Assembly: GCA_963796915.1 (NCBI GenBank)
Contig: CAWCNI010000002.1
Coordinates: 198,126-262,125, forward strand
Source of the DNA: Vicinamibacteria bacterium
GTDB taxonomy: Bacteria > Acidobacteriota > Vicinamibacteria > Vicinamibacterales > JAENWD01
DNA: 64,000 nucleotides
Direction of reading: 5' to 3'
Shown here: in pieces, positions 10,452 through 17,743 of the stretch
Position numbering within the stretch: position 1 is the stretch's first letter
How the letters are laid out: the number at the start of each line of letters is the position of its first letter
Position numbers and translations under genes: made by a program
The notes under the pieces: generated by a model
Databases searched by the model: none
Told to the model about the DNA's origin: nothing
What the model saw: the letters and a program-made list of their open reading frames with translations, nothing else

Positions 10452-11666
10452 TCAGGCAGAGAGGAAGCGGCGGGTGAATCCGTCGATGTCCGCGATGATC
10501 GCGCCGAGGTCTTGCGGCGAGGCGAGGAAGACCACCCGGAAGAAGCCATCCTCAGGACGCGTCCCGAAGCCGGACCCGTACACGCAGAGGATGCCCGTCT
10601 CGCGCAGCAGCGCGACGACGTACTGCTCGTCGGTGACGCCCGGCGGCAGCGTGACCTTCGGCATGGCGTAGAACGCCGCCTGCGGCTCCACGCACGAGAT
10701 CCCCGGAATCCGATTGAACGCGCTTGCCGTGGCGACGGCGCGCTCGCGAAGGGCGACACGGAACGACACCTGATGCGATCGATCGCCGAGCAGCGCCGGC
10801 GCAATCGCGTACTGGGTCGGGCCGTTGCTGCACAACCGGCCGTCCGCCAGCTTCTTCATTGCCGCGAGCAGATCATCGAGCCGCGGGTTGCGGCCGACCG
10901 CGAGCCACCCCGCCCGCCAGCCCGGCGCCAGATACGCCTTCGACAGGCTCGAAAACGCGACGATCGGGCCATCGGGCGCCAGGCTGCCGAGGGGCGGCAC
11001 CGGGCCGTCGTACGCCACGTCGCCATAGACCTCGTCGGCCAGCACCACGAGCCCATGGCGCTCGGCCAGGTCGACGATGGCGCGGCGGATCGCTTCCGGG
11101 TAGACGGCGCCCGTTGGATTGTTCGGATCGATCAGCACGATCGCGCGCGTCGTCGGCGTGATCAGACTTTCGAGATGCTCCAGGTCGGGGACCCAGCCAC
11201 GCGCGGGGTCGGTCCGGTAGTACGCCATGTCGGCGCCGATCTTGGCGAGCACCGCGGTGTAGAGCGGGTAGGTGGGCAGCGGAACCAGCACGCGGTCGCC
11301 GGCGTTCACCAGCGCCGTCAACGCCAGCTCGATGCCCTCTGATGTGCCTGCCGTGATCAGCACCCGGTCCTCGGTGACCGGGAAGCCGCGCTGGCTCCAT
11401 TCGGTCGCCACCGCCGCGCGTGCATCCGGAATGCCCGGCGAGGGCACGTAGCCGTTGGCGCCGTCGCGCATGGCCTTGGCGACGACTTCCACCAGGGCAG
11501 CAGGGGTGACGAACCCGAACGGAATGGGGTCGCCGATGTTCAGGTAACGCACCGTTCGCCCCGTCGCCTCGACAGCGCGGGCCTCCGCGACGATGTTGCG
11601 GATGGCGTAGGTGAAGTTGTGGACCCGTCCCGCCACCGGGATATTTGCCGCGCTGGTCGATGGCAT
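10452..11666 (-). CDS. class I/II PLP-dependent aminotransferase (alanine/aspartate aminotransferase-like)
   Basis: 404-aa ORF with LIDPNNPTG, a SLSKAY PLP-lysine context and the typical AlaA-like N-terminus (YAIRNIV...LNIGDP). Confidence 0.9.
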   Translation of the reverse strand: MPSTSAANIPVAGRVHNFTYAIRNIVAEARAVEATGRTVRYLNIGDPIPFGFVTPAALVEVVAKAMRDGANGYVPSPGIPDARAAVATEWSQRGFPVTEDRVLITAGTSEGIELALTALVNAGDRVLVPLPTYPLYTAVLAKIGADMAYYRTDPARGWVPDLEHLESLITPTTRAIVLIDPNNPTGAVYPEAIRRAIVDLAERHGLVVLADEVYGDVAYDGPVPPLGSLAPDGPIVAFSSLSKAYLAPGWRAGWLAVGRNPRLDDLLAAMKKLADGRLCSNGPTQYAIAPALLGDRSHQVSFRVALRERAVATASAFNRIPGISCVEPQAAFYAMPKVTLPPGVTDEQYVVALLRETGILCVYGSGFGTRPEDGFFRVVFLASPQDLGAIIADIDGFTRRFLSA

Positions 11667-11855
11667 CCGAGCATCTTATCGCGCCGCTCAAGCACATCAA
11701 TAAGAGCGGGTAAGAGTTACACGGCGCGCGCTCGCCGGTGTAGAAACTACTGGAAATTTGCCAGTTGCCGACAGGCCCCTACTGAAATGCCCGGAAAAAC
11801 CGAGAAATTGGGCGAGGCCAGAGATGGCAGGAAGCTTGATGTGAAAGGGGGCGGC

Positions 11856-12827
11856 ATGAGAACGACGTCGAGGTGGTTGCGGGCGGGGCTGTTGATGGGG
11901 GCGATGTGTGCCCTCCCGGCATCGCTCGTGGCCCAGACGCCGGTACCGGCGCAGGCGGCGACGCCAGCCGCGGACCAGCAGCCGACGTTCCGCGGCGGGG
12001 TCGATCTCGTCACCATCCGCGCCGTCGTCCGCGACAGCAAGGGCCGGTCGGTCACGACGCTGTCGGCTCGCGACTTCGAGTTGATCGACAACGGCGTGTC
12101 ACGGCAACCCGCCGCCGTCGAACAGGATCACGGTCCGGTGGGGCTTGCGCTGCTGTTCGACATTAGCGGCAGCATGGATATCGACGAGCGTTTCGCACGC
12201 GCCCGTGAAGCTGGCTATTTTCTCCTGAGCGGATTGCGCCAGGGCGAAGACGAGGCCGCGATTTTCGCCTTCGACTCTGCGCTCCATATCGTCCAGCCAT
12301 TCACGACGGACCTGGACCGGCTGCGCGGCTCGGTGACCGGATTCAGCCCGTGGGGCATGACGTCGATCCACGACGCGATCGCGTCGGCGAGCCGCTCGAT
12401 GGACTCGCGCGCGACCAAGCGGCGGGCACTCGTGGTGCTCACCGACGGCTTCGACACAGCGAGCAAGCTGGACGCCGCTGAAGTGTCACGCATCGCCTCG
12501 GGCATTGATCTGCCGGTCTACGTGCTCGCGGTCGTGCCCTCGATTGACGACCCGCGGAACCAGGATGGCGGCAACCGTGCGCTGAGCGGCGATCTCGCCG
12601 ACCTCGCGCACTGGACCGGCGGGCAACTCTTCATCGCGACGACGACACCGGAAGCCAGCAACGTGGCGCGGTCTCTCGTGAGCGAGCTCCGTGAGCAGTA
12701 CCTGATCGCGCTGGAACCCGGCGAGAAGCCGGGGTGGCATTCAGTGGAAGTGCGCGTGCGCCGCAAGGGCTACACGGTGCAGGCGCGTGGTGGATATGTG
12801 GCCGCGTCACACCGGCCCACAAGTTGA
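11856..12827 (+). CDS. VWFA-related (acidobacterial-type) von Willebrand factor A domain protein, exported
   Basis: In-frame ATG 11856 preceded by AAAGGGGG. Signal peptide MRTTSRWLRAGLLMGAMCALPASLVAQ. FRGGVDLVTIRAVVRD...DFEL motif and MIDAS DISGSM. Confidence 0.85.
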   Translation: MRTTSRWLRAGLLMGAMCALPASLVAQTPVPAQAATPAADQQPTFRGGVDLVTIRAVVRDSKGRSVTTLSARDFELIDNGVSRQPAAVEQDHGPVGLALLFDISGSMDIDERFARAREAGYFLLSGLRQGEDEAAIFAFDSALHIVQPFTTDLDRLRGSVTGFSPWGMTSIHDAIASASRSMDSRATKRRALVVLTDGFDTASKLDAAEVSRIASGIDLPVYVLAVVPSIDDPRNQDGGNRALSGDLADLAHWTGGQLFIATTTPEASNVARSLVSELREQYLIALEPGEKPGWHSVEVRVRRKGYTVQARGGYVAASHRPTS

Positions 12828-12871
12828 CATTGAACCGGGTCATTTTCCGTCTGTTACAGGAGGAGTCAGTC

Positions 12872-13534
12872 ATGCGTAAGTTGTTGCTCGTCATTCCGCT
12901 CGTGATGCTCGGCGCCGGCTCCACGGCGTGCGCGACCAAGAAGTTCGTGCGCGGCGAAGTCGGACAGGTCAACACCAAGGTGCAGGGTCTCTCGACGCAG
13001 CTCGAGGAGACGCAGGAGCGCACCAAGAAGAACGAAGCGCGGATTGCTGAAGTCGACCAGAAGGCGGACGCCGCCGGGCAGTCGGCCTCAGCCGCTCAGA
13101 CCGCCGCCGACTCGGCCAAGGGCGACGCCGCCAAGGCCGATGCGCATGCCGCCGCCGTGGAGACAGCGTCCAAGAGGCTGATCTACGAAGTGGTCCTGAA
13201 TGACGACGAAGGCAACTTCAAGTTCAACAAGACCACGCTGCCCGACGAGGCGAAGCAGAAGATCGACGAGATGGTCACGCAGCTGAAGGCGGACCCGAAG
13301 AACGTCTTCATCGAGATCGAAGGCCACACCGACAACGTCGGCTCGAAGACCTACAACGAGGAACTCGGCCTCGAGCGCGCGGAAGCCGTGAAGCGCTATC
13401 TCTACGAAGCGCACCAGGTGCCGCTGCACAAGATCAACGTGATCAGCTACGGCGAAGACAAGCCGGTGTCGCCGAACAACACCAAGGAAGGCCGCGCGCA
13501 GAACCGCCGCGTCGTGATCAAGGTCCTGGCGTAA
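12872..13534 (+). CDS. OmpA-family lipoprotein with N-terminal coiled-coil
   Basis: AGGAGG precedes ATG 12872. Lipobox-like GAGSTAC. Ala/Lys/Gln-rich helical region, then an OmpA_C-like domain (IEGHTDNVGS...YNEELGLERAEAV...NRRVVIKV). A strong terminator follows. Confidence 0.9.
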   Translation: MRKLLLVIPLVMLGAGSTACATKKFVRGEVGQVNTKVQGLSTQLEETQERTKKNEARIAEVDQKADAAGQSASAAQTAADSAKGDAAKADAHAAAVETASKRLIYEVVLNDDEGNFKFNKTTLPDEAKQKIDEMVTQLKADPKNVFIEIEGHTDNVGSKTYNEELGLERAEAVKRYLYEAHQVPLHKINVISYGEDKPVSPNNTKEGRAQNRRVVIKVLA

Positions 13535-13561
13535 GCGCTTCCGAAGGACGAGAACAACGAA

Positions 13562-13597
13562 GGGGCGGGCCCTCGCGGGCTCGCCCCTTTTTCTTTT
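13562..13597 (+). terminator. rho-independent terminator of the OmpA-like gene
   Basis: GGGGCGGGCCC-TCGC-GGGCTCGCCCC (11-bp stem with one G-U) followed by TTTTTCTTTT, 28 nt after the stop codon. Confidence 0.8.
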
Positions 13598-13611
13598 CAG
13601 GGGTGGCCGAT

Positions 13612-13803
13612 GGCCGATCTAAAGATCGGCCCTACCGAATTTGTCGAGCGAGATCAGCGAGGCCGAACATCAGCTGGTCGAGCGGCGATATCGAAGAACC
13701 GACCTTCTGAACGGCGCAGTGAAGCTGGTCGAATGGGCGATATCGGCACGACGCAGAGAAGTTGTCGAACGGGATATCGGTAGGGCCGATCTTCAGATCG
13801 GCC
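13612..13803. repeat. REPIN-like doublet: two inverted REP-type hairpins bracketing four direct repeats
   Basis: Left 13612-13637 is GGCCGATCTAAAGATCGGCCCTACCG. Right 13778-13803 is CGGTAGGGCCGATCTTCAGATCGGCC, which matches the reverse complement of the left arm at 25/26. Interior carries four direct copies of a ~20-nt motif (TTGTCGAGCGAGATCAGCG, CTGGTCGAGCGGCGATATCG, CTGGTCGAATGGGCGATATCG, TTGTCGAACGGGATATCGG). Confidence 0.7.
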
Positions 13804-13813
13804 ATCATGCGGC

Positions 13814-16438
13814 TCAGAAGCCGAAATTGATCCCGACTTCAATCCGCCGGGCGGGCGACGCCGACGTGGGCTGACCGAAGTAGGTCCGGGACAAGATGTT
13901 GCCGACGTAGCCCTGGAAGTTCGTGCGGTTCAGCACGTTGAATGCCTGCGCATAGAACTCCATCTTGTAGCGGCTGTTGTTGCCGTCCATTCCCATCATG
14001 ACCGGACCGCCGCCGCCGCCCGGGCCGCGTCCGCCCCCGCCGCCGCCGCGGAACCGCGGCATCCCGTCGGTCGGCTGCTGCTGCGGCCCGAACGAGAACG
14101 TCTTGCTCAAGCGGAGGTTCATATTCCAGCTGGCCGAGCCACGGGCGCTGTTGCGCCCGACGCCGGCCGGCCTGTCGTTGATGACGGTGTCGCCGTTGTT
14201 GTCGAGGCCCGTGATGATGTTGTACGGGAGCGCCGAATTGCCCTGCGTGAAAATCGCCATGCGCGAATTCCTGGGCAGCCCGAAGTTCACCATGCCGAAG
14301 AATCGGTGACGCGCGTCACCGGACGACGGACCCCATTCCGCGTCGAGGCTGTAGTTGTCCGCCGGCAGCGAGAACGGACTGTCGCTGAAGTTGCGGTTCC
14401 GTGAGAGCTGATAGTTGCCGCCGGCAAAGAAGCGCTTCTGCGGGATCGCGTAGTTGACGTTCACCATCAGGCGATCGACGTCGGCCCGGCCAGTGCTTTG
14501 CAACTCGGTGATGAGGCCGAACGACGGGTCTGGGTAGACGCCGTCGATCGGCGCGTTGATGTTGGACGCCCGGTACAGCTCCCGGCCTCGCTCCATCCGG
14601 TAGCTGGTCTGAATGCGCAGGTTCTCGATGAACGTCCGCTCGATGCCAATCGACGTGATGTGCGTGTATGGCATGGCCAGGTTCGAGGCCTGCACGATCT
14701 TGCTTGGCGGCAGCGGGTCGGAGACCTGGCCGCCGGTCGGGTCTGGATAGCCGGGAAAGCGGATCACCTCGTCCTGCTGGTTGACGCCGTCGACGAGCAG
14801 CACCTGCTCGTAGGTGCTCGAGTCGTACCAGTTGTAGAACAGACCGTAGCCGCCACGCAGCGTGTACTTGCCAAGCTGGTAGGTCATCCCGATGCGCGGG
14901 CCCAGGTTCAGCTTGTCGTCGAGTTGACCCTGCAGCTCTTCGCGCAGGCCCATGCTCAGCGAGAATTTTTTCGACGGCGTCCACGTGTCCTGGATGAACA
15001 GCCCGAGCTGCGAGTAGGTGTAGTTCAGCGCCGCACTGCCCGTGCGCTGCGAATACGTGGTTGGCAGGCCGAGGTTGTAGCGATCGATGCCGCCGAAGGT
15101 GAAGGTGCCGTTGAAGTTGGTGAGGTCGCTGGTGTCGTACCAGTCGTACTCGCCGAGCAACCCGGCCCGGAACGCGTGTTTCTTGTGGACCGTCCAGTCG
15201 ATGTTGTCGGCCACCTCGATCGTCTTGCCCTGCTGATCGCTGTTCCTGCCGGCGCCGCCGGTCGAGAACGCGTCGTTGACGATCACCGCCGGATCGTCGG
15301 TCAGGGACGAGAGCTGCGCCGAACTGGATTCGAACCGCACCTTCAGCTCGTGCGCGATCTTCGGCGTCAGCAGGCCGTTGAGGGCGAAGCGGACAGCCGT
15401 GTCCGAGGTCTTGCTCGTGTAGGCGCGCGGCTGCAGGTCGAAGTTGCCGACGCCGAGGTTGTCGCGCTTGATGTAGTTGCGCTGGACCTCGAGCAGCATC
15501 TGGTTGTTCTTCGTCAGCGAGTGGTCCAGGCGCACCGAGCCAAACATCCGATCCTGCGGCGTCTCGGTGACGCCCGACACCTGGCCATCCGGCGTCAGGG
15601 CGTTGATTGTCGTCGAGTCGTACGAGTCGTTGCCGTCGAAGTTGATGGCGAGCGACGTGCGGCCCTTGACGATCGGGCCGTCCATGTTGAAGCCGAAGCG
15701 GCGGTACTGCTCGGGCCCCAGCGTCGGCGCGAACGCGTTGCGCGCGTTCAGCGACTCGTCGCGAAAGCCGAAGTTCGACATCCCCTTCCAGCCGTCCATG
15801 CCCGGCTTGGTGACGATGTCGATGCCGAAGCCGCCGCCTTCGTGGTACTCGGCGTCGAACGAGTTCATCCGGAAGCGGATCGATCGAATCTGCGATTTGG
15901 GAGGCAGGCGGCCACCGGTGAAACCGTTCACCCTCATCACCGCGCCCGGGCCGGCCATCTGCTCGAGCACCTGCTGAAGTTCGTCGGGGTCGTCAGGGAG
16001 CTCCGCGATTTCCTGCTGGCTCAACTGCGTGGTGAACGAGTTCCCGCGCACGTCTTCGGCAGTGTTCTTCACCTCGACCTGTTCGTTCAGGCCCGCCAGC
16101 GGCAGCTGCAGCGTGACCTGGTTGCTGCCCTTCTTGATGGTGATCGGCCCGTCGTAGGACTGGAAGGCGTCGGCGTCGGCCTTGAGCTGGTAGGTGCCAG
16201 GCGCGAGGCTGGCAAACACCGCCACCGCGTGGTCGTCCACCTTGACGACGTGCGGCGTCCCCGCGGCATCCACCAGCGTCACCGTCGCGATGATCAGCGC
16301 AGCGCCTGTCTGGTCGTTGACTGTGACCCGCAGCTCGCCGGTCGCAGGGGCTGGCGCGGGCGCATCGGCGGCGCCTGCCGCACCAGCGACTGCCACGAGC
16401 AGCAGCCACACGAATGGAAGAATCCTGCGAGTCATCAC
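13814..16438 (-). CDS. TonB-dependent outer-membrane receptor with N-terminal carboxypeptidase-regulatory-like domain
   Basis: 874-aa ORF with a signal peptide. CarboxypepD_reg-like start (ELRVTVNDQTGAAL...GTYQLKADADAFQ). Long beta-rich body ending in the aromatic terminal residue ...VGINFGF. Confidence 0.9.
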   Translation of the reverse strand: MMTRRILPFVWLLLVAVAGAAGAADAPAPAPATGELRVTVNDQTGAALIIATVTLVDAAGTPHVVKVDDHAVAVFASLAPGTYQLKADADAFQSYDGPITIKKGSNQVTLQLPLAGLNEQVEVKNTAEDVRGNSFTTQLSQQEIAELPDDPDELQQVLEQMAGPGAVMRVNGFTGGRLPPKSQIRSIRFRMNSFDAEYHEGGGFGIDIVTKPGMDGWKGMSNFGFRDESLNARNAFAPTLGPEQYRRFGFNMDGPIVKGRTSLAINFDGNDSYDSTTINALTPDGQVSGVTETPQDRMFGSVRLDHSLTKNNQMLLEVQRNYIKRDNLGVGNFDLQPRAYTSKTSDTAVRFALNGLLTPKIAHELKVRFESSSAQLSSLTDDPAVIVNDAFSTGGAGRNSDQQGKTIEVADNIDWTVHKKHAFRAGLLGEYDWYDTSDLTNFNGTFTFGGIDRYNLGLPTTYSQRTGSAALNYTYSQLGLFIQDTWTPSKKFSLSMGLREELQGQLDDKLNLGPRIGMTYQLGKYTLRGGYGLFYNWYDSSTYEQVLLVDGVNQQDEVIRFPGYPDPTGGQVSDPLPPSKIVQASNLAMPYTHITSIGIERTFIENLRIQTSYRMERGRELYRASNINAPIDGVYPDPSFGLITELQSTGRADVDRLMVNVNYAIPQKRFFAGGNYQLSRNRNFSDSPFSLPADNYSLDAEWGPSSGDARHRFFGMVNFGLPRNSRMAIFTQGNSALPYNIITGLDNNGDTVINDRPAGVGRNSARGSASWNMNLRLSKTFSFGPQQQPTDGMPRFRGGGGGGRGPGGGGGPVMMGMDGNNSRYKMEFYAQAFNVLNRTNFQGYVGNILSRTYFGQPTSASPARRIEVGINFGF

Positions 16439-16546
16439 TGGTGGTTGAATGAGACGGACGCGACGAAGACGATCACCCGGACGACGGCAATGAAGGGCCG
16501 CCGCCCGGGCTGGCGCATTGCGAGCGCGCCGTTATGAACTCAGTGT

Positions 16547-16594
16547 CGTTCGTCCTTCGACAGGCTCAGGACGAACGGTGCGGACACCCGCACC
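16547..16594. repeat. two adjacent GC-rich hairpins downstream of the 16611 gene (terminator-like; member of a widespread palindromic repeat type)
   Basis: CGTTCGTCC (16547-55) pairs with GGACGAACG (16569-77). GGTGCGG (16577-83) pairs with CCGCACC (16588-94). Frames translate to FDRLRTNG on plus and PFVLSLSKDE on minus. Confidence 0.5.
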
Positions 16595-16610
16595 CTGCAG
16601 CCTGCAACCG

Positions 16611-17606
16611 TCAGTTGTTCGTGGCGGCGCCCTTCTTGACGAACTGTTCGGGCTTGAGCGGCGCGTTGACCTTGTATTTCTCGATCGTGAATTCCTCGGC
16701 CACGTTCCCGCTCACGCTCTGCGTGATCAGGTAGGGCAGCATCACGCCCTCGACTTTCTTGTAATCAGAGAAGTGCACCTCGTAGGTCGCCATCTGGGGC
16801 GGCGTGTTGCGCATCTTCTCGATCTCCTCGGGCGTCGGCCGCGGCGGCTGTGCCTGCCCCTGGCCTTGCCCTTGTCCCTGGCCCTGGCCCTGGCCCTGAC
16901 CTTGACCAGGCCCGCCGCGGAAGTTGAATCGCGGCAGCGGGCTCTCGTAGGTCAGCATGAGCGGCTTGTGTGATGCCTGATCGACGTACAGCTTCATGGC
17001 CGGCGCCCCTTCCGGCTTCACTTCAAGGATGTCGGCCTTGCCGTCGGGCGCCTCGGCGACGCCGCCATAGGTGACGGGCGCATCGGATTTCAGGAACAGG
17101 ATGAGGCTGTAGCGCGCCAGTTCGCCTCGGAGACGGCGGGCCTGCGCGTCGCGCATGCGCTGCCGATCCTCGTCGGTGAACTGCCGGCCCTGACCCTGCC
17201 CACCCGGCCCGCCAGCTCCGCCAGGTCCGGCGAATCGCGCGCCGCCGCCGGCACCGCGGTTCGTCGAGTCGTCCCACGTGTCGGCGCCGTTGACAGCGGT
17301 CACACGCGTGAAGCTCGGGCCTCCGGGACCGCCGAAGCTCATGTCCTCGGTGCGCTTGAACTTGTCGGGAAGCAGCAGGTCGATGGTGACGTCGCTGGTC
17401 ATCTCGCGCTCGCCCATCACGCGGCGTGCCGAGCCGGTGACAGTGACCGACTGAATCTTCGCGAGTGCGGCCTCGCCGCCCATCGCCGCTCGCGCGGCCT
17501 TGAGCACCTCGTCCACTTTCGGATCGGGCTGCTGGCCGGCCAGCGCGAATTGCACGGCAATCAGCGGCGTCAGGAGCTGCAGCGCGAGCATTGTCTTCGT
17601 TCGCAT
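16611..17606 (-). CDS. secreted hypothetical protein with Gly-rich and (Gly-Gln)10 low-complexity inserts
   Basis: 331-aa ORF with a signal peptide (MRTKTMLALQLLTPLIAVQFALA). No catalytic motif recognised. Adjacent and co-oriented with the TonB receptor. Confidence 0.75.
   Translation of the reverse strand: MRTKTMLALQLLTPLIAVQFALAGQQPDPKVDEVLKAARAAMGGEAALAKIQSVTVTGSARRVMGEREMTSDVTIDLLLPDKFKRTEDMSFGGPGGPSFTRVTAVNGADTWDDSTNRGAGGGARFAGPGGAGGPGGQGQGRQFTDEDRQRMRDAQARRLRGELARYSLILFLKSDAPVTYGGVAEAPDGKADILEVKPEGAPAMKLYVDQASHKPLMLTYESPLPRFNFRGGPGQGQGQGQGQGQGQGQGQAQPPRPTPEEIEKMRNTPPQMATYEVHFSDYKKVEGVMLPYLITQSVSGNVAEEFTIEKYKVNAPLKPEQFVKKGAATNN
16854..16907 (-). repeat. in-frame hexanucleotide microsatellite encoding (GQ)10
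   Basis: The plus strand reads ctg-ccc-ctg-gcc-ttg-ccc-ttg-tcc-ctg-gcc-ctg-gcc-ctg-gcc-ctg-acc-ttg-acc, which is 9 GQ units on the minus strand. The run is preceded at its N-terminal (higher-coordinate) end by RGGP (agg-ccc-gcc-gcg, 16908-16919) and followed by AQ (16848-16853). Confidence 0.9.
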
Positions 17607-17743
17607 CGTGTCCTCAGGTCGGGAGGGGGAATCCCGAACACTTCATTAAACGGAAAAACGACCCGGCGCGGTGTTAAGGGCGGGCAAAGAGATTGTTAAG
17701 TTTGTAAAGGAGCGAAACACTGGCGAATTGACGTGTTTTTCTG

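Noticed and set aside
11755-11790. Sigma-54-like TGG...TTGC element (CTGGAAATTTGCCAGTTGCC) upstream of the VWFA gene
   Set aside because: The GG-to-GC spacing does not fit the -24/-12 consensus (10 nt between the dinucleotides) in any register.
13638-13780. Possible mini-CRISPR array (four ~20-nt direct repeats)
   Set aside because: The repeats are degenerate, unequally spaced (about 34, 51 and 36 nt) and too short. They have no cas genes nearby and are enclosed by inverted REP hairpins.
13641-13874. 77-aa ORF inside the REPIN-like element
   Set aside because: It spans the repeat interior and the right hairpin and overlaps the TonB receptor 3' end. Its apparent periodicity (LVERR / LVEWA / VVERD) merely mirrors the DNA direct repeats.
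14498-16537. 679-aa plus-strand ORF, and similar long ORFs at 3304..5259(+), 8543..10093(+), 42627..44564(+), 27927..29501(-), 33264..34895(-), 17747..18910(-)
   Set aside because: These are shadow ORFs antisense to genes with clear family signatures. Their translations are Arg/Ala/Gly/Pro-rich low-complexity strings typical of wrong-frame reading in GC-rich DNA, and they show no motifs.
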